This document shows, in pieces, positions 19,346 to 26,846 of a DNA stretch of 64,000 nt. The stretch's first letter is position 1. Each line of letters begins with the position of its first letter. The stretch is taken from contig CAZSFV010000002.1 of NCBI GenBank assembly GCA_964606345.1, forward strand, positions 4,175 through 68,174, given 5' to 3'. Made by a program: the position numbers and the translations under genes. Origin of the DNA: an uncultured Bacteroidaceae bacterium. Its GTDB lineage: Bacteria > Bacteroidota > Bacteroidia > Bacteroidales > P3. The notes below the pieces were generated by a model. The model worked only from the letters and a program-made list of their open reading frames with translations. It searched no databases and was not told the DNA's origin.

Positions 19346-20681
19346 GATAAAGATAATAATCAAAAGAGAATACCTCACAAGAGTCAGAAAAAAATCATTC
19401 ATAGTAATGACCATACTCGGTCCCATCTTGATTTGTGCCTTATGGTTAGTCCCCTTTCTTTTGCAACAAACCGGAGAAACTCGAGCCGAAATCATAGTCA
19501 TCGACCGAACAGCCGAACAAATAAACGACAAAACCCTCTCGATATTCAACGGCAAGTTTACATCCAACGACAAAGTCCACTTCACCTATCTCGACAACAT
19601 CGACACTGCCCAAAAACTACTGAAAGACAAATCATGCGACGGTGTATTGGAAATACTTAAAACCAACGACAACCCGCCAATCAAAAGCCTTATGTATTAC
19701 GGAGAGAACGAACCGGGGCTGAAAGTACAAAACGAAATAGAAAGCCAACTCACAACAATACTGAAAGACAACATTCTCCGCTACGACTACGGCATGAACG
19801 ACAAGGAAATCCAATGGGTAAACAACCCCAAAATAGACTTTTACACCAAAAACATATTAACCGGCGAAAGTTCTTACAATGAAATAAAAACCGTTTTAGG
19901 AGGAGTTGGCGGATTGCTCATCTACATATTCATCTTCATGTTCGGCTCCATGGTTATGAAGAGCGTAAGCGAAGAAAAGGTCAACCGAATAGTGGAAGTC
20001 CTTGTTTCGAGCGTCAAACCCGTACAACTGCTCATGGGTAAATTGATAGCAATAGCATTGGTCGGTTTAACCCAATTCGCAATGTGGGTCGTGCTGACAG
20101 TTTGCCTGACAGGAACAATACAAGCCACCTCACCCGAAACCTTTTCTCCCAAAGTGCAAGAAGAAATAACCATCAACGAACGAATTGTAACAGTAGACAA
20201 AATCAACTCCATCGAAAACAGCCAAGTAAACGAATTAGTGCAAGGGCTTATGGCAATCAACTACCCACTCATTATACTGATGTTCATTTTCTACTTCATT
20301 GCCGGATACTTCCTTTATGCCTCCCTGTTCGGAGCCATAGGCTCCCTTATTGATGCCGACACAGACGGACAGCAGTTCACCCTGCCGGTAACCATACCCA
20401 TGATAGTGGCAATAATCTGCCTGCCTTTGGTGATGGACAACCCCTCCGGCGCAGCCGCCTTTTGGCTTTCCATCATACCGTTCACCTCACCGGTGGCAAT
20501 GATGGTTCGCCTGCCGTTCGGCGTTTCCGTTTGGGAACTCATACTCTCTGTGAGTCTTATGCTTGTCAGCATAGTTTTATGTATATGGTTGGCAGCAAAA
20601 ATTTATCGTACCGCAATCCTGCTCTACGGGAAAAAAGTCAGCTATCGTGAGATATGGAAATGGCTCAAATACAAAGACTGA
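19338..20681 (+). CDS. ABC-2 type transporter permease (NatB-like)
   Basis: 447 aa with one N-terminal transmembrane segment, a large extracytoplasmic loop and a C-terminal multi-TM bundle. Overlaps the ATPase gene by 8 nt. Confidence 0.8.
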   Translation: MNKIKIIIKREYLTRVRKKSFIVMTILGPILICALWLVPFLLQQTGETRAEIIVIDRTAEQINDKTLSIFNGKFTSNDKVHFTYLDNIDTAQKLLKDKSCDGVLEILKTNDNPPIKSLMYYGENEPGLKVQNEIESQLTTILKDNILRYDYGMNDKEIQWVNNPKIDFYTKNILTGESSYNEIKTVLGGVGGLLIYIFIFMFGSMVMKSVSEEKVNRIVEVLVSSVKPVQLLMGKLIAIALVGLTQFAMWVVLTVCLTGTIQATSPETFSPKVQEEITINERIVTVDKINSIENSQVNELVQGLMAINYPLIILMFIFYFIAGYFLYASLFGAIGSLIDADTDGQQFTLPVTIPMIVAIICLPLVMDNPSGAAAFWLSIIPFTSPVAMMVRLPFGVSVWELILSVSLMLVSIVLCIWLAAKIYRTAILLYGKKVSYREIWKWLKYKD

Positions 20682-20950
20682 AATAACACGACATAAGGAT
20701 ATTCATAAACGATAATCAAAAGGAAGCAGCATATCACCCGATACACTGCTTTCTTTCGTTCTGCGCAAAACAACCGCCATTTGCGAAACACTTTATTTTG
20801 CAGCACCTGACTCAATCTTTACACGACTACATCTTAACGCCTCTTCGCTCACTTGTGTGTTTTTGCGGCATGTATATTTATTTTTATTTCCAACAACGCT
20901 AAAAGCCCTCAGCCTCAATACTTTTCAGTGCCAACGAAAGAAAACCGAAG

Positions 20951-21154
20951 CTAATTAAGTGCAAACAAAGTATCCATTAATCGTTTATCATCAAAACTAT
21001 CTACACTAAACAACAACTGTTGCTTATCGAACGCTCCGACCTCACGAGACGCTACAAGCCGCATCTTACAGAACATGACACAAAATACCGACAGTTGACG
21101 TTGCAATATTCCTTGCTCGTCTCTGATAGCTCTTATCTTGTTTCCTAATAACAT
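20951..21154 (-). CDS. Small XRE-like HTH protein, divergent or possibly degenerate
   Basis: The N-terminus LGNKIRAIRDEQGILQRQLS resembles HTH_3 helix 1-2. The remainder matches only loosely. Confidence 0.35.
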   Translation of the reverse strand: MLLGNKIRAIRDEQGILQRQLSVFCVMFCKMRLVASREVGAFDKQQLLFSVDSFDDKRLMDTLFALN

Positions 21155-21187
21155 ATCTTTTGAATTTTAAGTTCGACCAAAATGCTC

Positions 21188-21352
21188 GGTTTGTCGGTCG
21201 AATTTCGCTATAATCGGTTGCTTTTGCTATAAATTTCGTCGAAAACTTCGCTATAATTATGACGGAATCAGTCGTTTCTGCCTATTTCCAACGATAACAT
21301 TGGTCGGATTTCGGTCGGATTTATGGATTTCGGTCAGTTTTCGGTCGGATTT
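21188..21352. repeat. Two families of phased direct repeats in the intergenic region upstream of the XRE-like ORF
   Basis: TTCGCTATAAT-like at 21204, 21224 and 21247 (20-23 bp phasing). TCGGTCGGATTT-like units at 21300, 21311, 21330 and 21341 (about 10-11 bp period), with a related copy gtcggtcgaattt near 21193. Confidence 0.8.
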
Positions 21353-21370
21353 GTTTCCATCTGACCGTTC

Positions 21371-22960
21371 CTATTTCAAAATCCATCTTAGTCCGATTCT
21401 ATCTATTGAATTTTCTTCATTCATTTCCACTAACAATCTACCTACATAACGAAGTTTTTGCTCTTCCGTCTTATTCTGAGGAAGATATTCGTAGATGCTG
21501 TCTCTCTTGGCACCTTCCTTACCTGCGTTACTGAGATATTGAAGAACCATTTGGCGTAGTTTCTCCTTATCTAATCCTCTTGTCTTAGTGTAGGAAGGCA
21601 GCTGATGCGTGTTTTTGGCGACACTTAGGGATATGCTGTAATGCGGAGGCTCACCCTCTATCAGTCCACGTCTGAGCAAGTCTTGTGCCACATCCTCATG
21701 AATGGTTCTTCCTTTCTGCACAGCATCGAGCGAGATGCAATCCCATAGAGAAAGGGTGTCGTTTGTCTTCAGCAAGTCAGTATATCGCTTGTTGATTTCG
21801 TTGCCGTAAATGCGTACTACGACTTTCTTATTTATTTGGTCAATCTCATAGTCTGGCATGGGGAAGTGCCTGCGCCATTGCTCGTTGAACATCTTCTTGA
21901 TACCACGGCTTACGGTATCAATCATGTTGAAGTCAACCATAGCCCGGCACAAACATTCATTGCGGAAATGCGTTTGAGGCTCTTCGTTTCTCAAAGCATT
22001 CTCCAATGTGCCAGGGATAAATGTACCTGCGTTGGAGTAATACAAGTAGCCTGGGTTCTCCACAAAGTTGATACGTTGCTGAAGCGTATAGTCCTGATGG
22101 GCAATGCAGTTGTGCAGTGCCTCACGAATGGTATAGTCATCATACTGCTTCATCGTATCAGGGAACAACGTACCACCAGGCATCTCACGCAACGTAAGGT
22201 TTTCTATCTTTGAGAGGATTTCATCCACTGTCAATATGAACGGAACTGTGAAATGTTCATAGTCCACAACATCCTGTTTTGCGTCTCGTCGTGTCCAAGT
22301 GACTTGTGCAACGGCCGGACGCAGTTTGAATGCCGATTCGTATTTGCCCAGCAGTATGATGGCAGCACGAGTGATGCCACCATCCCTCGTCAATCCACAT
22401 TTGCCGAGGAATGTCGGAATACTCCAGCCATTCACTTCTTCAGCAGGGATACGGCTATGCACCTTCTTGAACATCATGCGAGCCTTGGCGATAGCCACTT
22501 CATCCAAATCATCTATAGTCGCATTTGGCACAATCTCTGCCGACCAGTCTTTGGCAGTATAGATAGGTTCTTCAAGTATGACAGCCATTCTTTCCTGTGT
22601 CAGTTCCACCAAAGAATCCTCTATTCGTTGCCATGCCTTCTTGTGCGCCAAAACCGGGCGACGAGGCAAATGCTTCGGAATATGGATAATCCATACTCGC
22701 TTGTTCGTGTCATCTGTAACAAACTCCTCAATGCTTAGTCCTTCAGATGACAGATAAGTGCATTGTTCCGTCAGTTTAAAAGTTGCCGATTGCGTATTGG
22801 CCGGTTGTCCATTAAAGGTCATCCTTGAAATGTCCGTCCCTACTATTTCAAGCGTCTTATCCTTGACACCAATCACCAAGTGTCCACCCTCCATATTGGC
22901 AATGGCGGACATATACGAGATGACATCGTCTTTCTCGTTACCACAGAAAGAGTTCTTCAA
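21371..22960 (-). CDS. COG2865-type protein: AlbA_2 (Schlafen-like) N-domain, central ATPase-like (HATPase_c_4-type) region and C-terminal wHTH; N-terminus possibly truncated
   Basis: AlbA_2-like ...EWKEFKNLKNSFCGNEKDDVISYMSAIANMEGGHLVIGVKD. Central REALHNCIAHQDY motif. A TAG lies immediately upstream of the ENARCEWKEF segment, and only a TTG start is available. Confidence 0.6.
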   Translation of the reverse strand: MKNSFCGNEKDDVISYMSAIANMEGGHLVIGVKDKTLEIVGTDISRMTFNGQPANTQSATFKLTEQCTYLSSEGLSIEEFVTDDTNKRVWIIHIPKHLPRRPVLAHKKAWQRIEDSLVELTQERMAVILEEPIYTAKDWSAEIVPNATIDDLDEVAIAKARMMFKKVHSRIPAEEVNGWSIPTFLGKCGLTRDGGITRAAIILLGKYESAFKLRPAVAQVTWTRRDAKQDVVDYEHFTVPFILTVDEILSKIENLTLREMPGGTLFPDTMKQYDDYTIREALHNCIAHQDYTLQQRINFVENPGYLYYSNAGTFIPGTLENALRNEEPQTHFRNECLCRAMVDFNMIDTVSRGIKKMFNEQWRRHFPMPDYEIDQINKKVVVRIYGNEINKRYTDLLKTNDTLSLWDCISLDAVQKGRTIHEDVAQDLLRRGLIEGEPPHYSISLSVAKNTHQLPSYTKTRGLDKEKLRQMVLQYLSNAGKEGAKRDSIYEYLPQNKTEEQKLRYVGRLLVEMNEENSIDRIGLRWILK

Positions 22961-23068
22961 ATTCTTGAACTCTTTCCACTCACATCGTGCATTTTCCTAA
23001 TGAAGATATTGTTGTTGTAATTGCTGCTATTTCATATTACCATTACAAATATGACTTCTATAAAATGA

Positions 23069-24202
23069 TTATATTTCTTCAGCAAATAACATTTGCTGTT
23101 CATTACCCTTTAAATTGTAATAAATTCTATTCTTTATTTTCTTTTTTCCCACTTGAGACATTTTCTCAAGATAGCGTCTCATTTTGTCATCTCTCCAATC
23201 TATGTGTAATCTGCTGATTATGTCTTTTGCGGAAATCATTTCGGCATTTTTTAGTATTGCAATTATATTTGAATCCAGAGCATCTTTTTCTAACTGTTCA
23301 GGAGTTTTTTGTTCATTCGGGCTAAGGGTTAAGACCTTGCCAAATATATCCACGGCAGATGCTCCTTTTTGGATAATGAGTCGATTCGCATTTTTCTCTT
23401 TGCCGTCAGGAAATCTGACATAGATGGGACGGTTCTTTCTTAGACCATCAAGCACACCAGCCCAGGTACCTCCTTTATCATCACTTTGAGCTACAAAAAT
23501 CTCTGATGCCATACCATATACAATAGGATTACGCGCCATTGCAAATTCTACCGACCATGGTGCCTTAGGAGCAAAAGTACTCATTACCAGTATGCGTCCT
23601 TGAATAATATATTTTAGATATTGTTTGAAGCCGGAATTAAAAGTCATGATTCCTTGTGGAAGTACAATAATGCTTTTTCCATTTGCATTAACTGCTGAAT
23701 CTAAAGCTTGACGATCAACTCCTTTTGCAAAACCGCTAACAACGACCTTGTTCTCTGCCACGGCTTTTCTTGCTATATTTTCGGTAAAAGCTAAAGACTT
23801 CTCACAGGCATTTCGTGATCCTACAATAGCAATGGACTCTTCATTCAACAACGATTTGTTTCCCTTTGTATAGATGACAGTGGGAGCATTAAACTTCATA
23901 TTTCTTTTCAGCAGGTTAGGATACTCCTCGTGAGTTACAGGCAAAATATCATACCCTTGTGACATCAGGTCTTCCACAAGAAAGGAATTGTTTGCCAATT
24001 GAAGTCTCGCTTCTTCAAACTGAATTTTCTCAGTTTCATTCAGCCCAACAATGTCCCAATTTGAAGTATCTTCAAACAAATCTATTATAGATATTTGTGG
24101 AATGTGCTGAAAACAGTTTACATATATTTCATTTTTACGCTTTGTCCACATTTTAGGAATCAATGCAAGCGTTATCCAATATGTCAATTCTTGTTTGTTC
24201 AT
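23069..24202 (-). CDS. DprA/Smf-like protein (divergent Rossmann core plus C-terminal wHTH)
   Basis: IAIVGSRNACEKSL...NKVVVSGFAKGVDRQALDSAV..NGKSIIVLPQGI...FAMARNPIVYGMAS.IFVAQSDDKGGTWAG. Shares an ATGA overlap with the upstream helicase gene. Confidence 0.8.
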   Translation of the reverse strand: MNKQELTYWITLALIPKMWTKRKNEIYVNCFQHIPQISIIDLFEDTSNWDIVGLNETEKIQFEEARLQLANNSFLVEDLMSQGYDILPVTHEEYPNLLKRNMKFNAPTVIYTKGNKSLLNEESIAIVGSRNACEKSLAFTENIARKAVAENKVVVSGFAKGVDRQALDSAVNANGKSIIVLPQGIMTFNSGFKQYLKYIIQGRILVMSTFAPKAPWSVEFAMARNPIVYGMASEIFVAQSDDKGGTWAGVLDGLRKNRPIYVRFPDGKEKNANRLIIQKGASAVDIFGKVLTLSPNEQKTPEQLEKDALDSNIIAILKNAEMISAKDIISRLHIDWRDDKMRRYLEKMSQVGKKKIKNRIYYNLKGNEQQMLFAEEI

Positions 24203-26412
24203 AATGTACCTCCTACAGTTTTTGCTATAACAATAGGAACAATATATTTTGCTCCTTTTCGTGTTAATATACTTCCTACTTCTTTTAATGTTGCTCCACT
24301 ATCATATATATCATCTATCAAGAGTATTGTTTTTCCTTTAACTACATCATCCTCTATGTCAAATGCGTCCAATACATTTTCATGTTTGTTGTATGAATTT
24401 TGAAACATTTTCTGTTCTTGTGTTACACGCACTTTTTTCAGAGCATGACTTATAGGAACGCTTATTACACTTGCAAACTTCATGGCAAAGTTCTTTACAA
24501 GATCTCCGGATTTTGTTGGAGGCAAGTATAGTACTAAATCGAATTTAACATCTCCGAATTTCTTTCCAAACATAGACAAGGTCTTTTTTAACAGGAACTC
24601 TGGAAAATCCCCTCCATCCTCATATTTACTTCGATGTATAGCTGCACCTACATTAGAAGTTCCATAATAAGAGGCTGCATAGCCGTTCACCATACGTGAT
24701 GCTTTTCCTATATGCTCTTTTATTATTTCTATTTCTTCACTGGTATAATCAGATGTCCTAATAATATTTTTGTATTCATTCACATCTCGTTTTATTCGTC
24801 CTGTTTTCTCTATCAATATCCTGTCAATAGAAGTAAAACAGACCCTAAAACCACATTTTTTCGTAGTCCATGAAGCAAGTTCCAAAATTGGGAAAAATGT
24901 ATTTCTAAAATCCTCAAGTTTCTTGATTAACTCTGGTGGCGTAACTACGTGAATTTTCTCTAAATTTGTATTGTCGCAATTTCTATAATCCGTTTGCTCA
25001 TCACTATCCAGAAAGTCGCATAGGTATTGCATTCTTGGCATATCAGTATATACATACTGTTCCATAGAATGAAGTTCCTTCAGTTTTGCTTCTCTCTGCT
25101 CCTCAAAGTATTTTGTATTTAGAACAGGGGCATTATGTTGGTATTCATATTTCTTTGTTTTGCCATAAATAACCTCCTTGATGATTCCTTGATCTATCAA
25201 ATCCGCCTTAATCACTCTTACTTGCGTTTGCTTAAGATTAGCCTTCCTTAGGATTTCTCTCTCAGAAAGAAGTTCCTCTTTTAGTAATTCTATAACCTTT
25301 TGATATTTCTTTATTGAAGGGCGAGCTCCATCTATGAACGAGAGAGGAAGTACAGAGTCTGCAGGCACTTCACTTCCATTATCTTTACTTTCGTTGTAAA
25401 ACAATACTATACTTGTAGGTTTTCCGTCACGTCCTGCACGCCCTATCTCTTGATAATAGTGAATCGGAGATACCGGAATTTGAGTATGTATGATAAAACG
25501 AATGTCAGGCTTGTCTATTCCCATACCTAAAGCATTAGTTGACACTACGCACCTATATTTGTTTTGCATTAGACCACTTTCTATTGACTTTCTTGTCTCT
25601 GCGTCAAGGCCTGCATTATAATCTATTGCTTTAACTCCAATAGACTGAAGCCATTTCGCATAAGTTTCAGTGTCTATACGCGTGCCTGTATATATTAAAC
25701 CTGTACCATCTAATTTCTCAATGTTTTGAGCCAGCCATATCATTTTTTCATCTTCAGACAGAACCCTTATTACTTGCAGAGCAAAGTTAGATCGCACAAG
25801 GCTTCCTCTGATAGTAGTCAACTGACCTCCTATCTGCTGTTCAATATCATGTTGCACCCTTTCTGTTGCGGTAGCAGTAGTAGCCAAGACAGGCAAGTTC
25901 TTCGGAAGAACCTGTACCAAATTAATAATCCTGCGGAACGATGGTCTAAAATCATGTCCCCAAACAGAAATTGTGTGTGCTTCATCAATCACAATCATTG
26001 AAAGCTTGATGTGGCGAGTCGCTTCTATCCATTCATCATTCTCCTGCCTCTCAGGTGCTATGTATAATATCTTTATTTCATTGTTTTTAGCACGTCGGAT
26101 AGCTTCTTGATTTTCCTCATGTGACTGCTCTGAATTTATATAAGCTGCAAGAATGCCTTTTTTCTCCAGTCCTCTGACTTGATCACGCATTAGAGCTATC
26201 AGAGGAGAAAAAATAACCGTAACCCCATCGAATACTGTAGCCGGGAACTGATAACACAAAGATTTACCAAATCCAGTACGTTCTATCATTAGGATTCGTT
26301 CTCCTCGAAGTATTTGTTCTACTGCCTTCCATTGTTCATCGTAGAAATGTTCTAAGCCAAATGTTCTTTTTAGCTTTTCTTCGGCAACCTTTCTTGCCAT
26401 AATAATCTGCAT
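24199..26412 (-). CDS. RecQ-family SF2 helicase fused to a C-terminal ComF/ComFC-like phosphoribosyltransferase domain
   Basis: Helicase motifs ERTGFGKSLCYQ, VIDEAHTISVWGHDFRP, ATTATAT, YYQEIGRAGRDG. C-terminal ~160 aa (about 24202-24690) carry the PRPP-binding loop KTILLIDDIYDSGATLKE. Confidence 0.85.
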   Translation of the reverse strand: MQIIMARKVAEEKLKRTFGLEHFYDEQWKAVEQILRGERILMIERTGFGKSLCYQFPATVFDGVTVIFSPLIALMRDQVRGLEKKGILAAYINSEQSHEENQEAIRRAKNNEIKILYIAPERQENDEWIEATRHIKLSMIVIDEAHTISVWGHDFRPSFRRIINLVQVLPKNLPVLATTATATERVQHDIEQQIGGQLTTIRGSLVRSNFALQVIRVLSEDEKMIWLAQNIEKLDGTGLIYTGTRIDTETYAKWLQSIGVKAIDYNAGLDAETRKSIESGLMQNKYRCVVSTNALGMGIDKPDIRFIIHTQIPVSPIHYYQEIGRAGRDGKPTSIVLFYNESKDNGSEVPADSVLPLSFIDGARPSIKKYQKVIELLKEELLSEREILRKANLKQTQVRVIKADLIDQGIIKEVIYGKTKKYEYQHNAPVLNTKYFEEQREAKLKELHSMEQYVYTDMPRMQYLCDFLDSDEQTDYRNCDNTNLEKIHVVTPPELIKKLEDFRNTFFPILELASWTTKKCGFRVCFTSIDRILIEKTGRIKRDVNEYKNIIRTSDYTSEEIEIIKEHIGKASRMVNGYAASYYGTSNVGAAIHRSKYEDGGDFPEFLLKKTLSMFGKKFGDVKFDLVLYLPPTKSGDLVKNFAMKFASVISVPISHALKKVRVTQEQKMFQNSYNKHENVLDAFDIEDDVVKGKTILLIDDIYDSGATLKEVGSILTRKGAKYIVPIVIAKTVGGTL

Positions 26413-26651
26413 AGGTATTTTGTTTTAGTTTTTATACCACAGAAACCATTTTCACCCCTAATCTCATCAGAAATGACAGGCGTTCAAGTGGTTAGTCTTG
26501 CACTTGAACACAAAGCTCCTGTGTCTGAAAGTTGCCCATTATACAATGCATCATCAGCCATTATTAGCTATGTGGTGTTATCTTCCAAGCTCATCATTCA
26601 GTGATTAGATATTAGATGACTTTCTTTTACAAGAAGCGTCTGTTATAACAG

Positions 26652-26659
26652 CAAAGGTA
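26652..26659 (-). promoter_or_regulatory. Candidate -7 box (TACCTTTG on the minus strand) about 240 nt upstream of the RecQ-PRTase ATG
   Basis: caaaggta on the plus strand. It is the only consensus-like box I see in the 434-bp upstream gap. Confidence 0.3.
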
Positions 26660-26846
26660 CAGAAACTTTTCAAGACAAAAGAAGAAAACAATGCGAAACT
26701 TTCCTTGGAGCTATATTCTATCACCCACGAGGCTGTTGATAGTCATTTCTCTAATCATGCACACAGCTTATCGTTCGTGATAATCCTTGCATTTTCTTCT
26801 TTATCGGTGTTACCCCGACTTTCTACGTATAATCGTAGTTTATGAC

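Noticed and set aside
21300-21352. Short tandem repeats, TCGGTCGGATTT x4-5, considered as a possible CRISPR array.
   Set aside because: The units are only about 11 bp and directly abutting, with no unique spacers, and no cas genes are in the window. They fit protein-binding direct repeats rather than CRISPR.
23069-24202. The DprA-like gene may simply be the housekeeping dprA, and the upstream gene an ordinary recQ.
   Set aside because: This cannot be fully excluded from the window alone. I set it aside as the primary interpretation for four reasons. The helicase carries a C-terminal ComF-like PRTase and lacks a clear HRDC region or an intact Zn-finger. The DprA core motifs are diverged. The genes are translationally coupled. 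The locus is AT-richer, with defence-type neighbours. A genome-wide search for second copies is needed.
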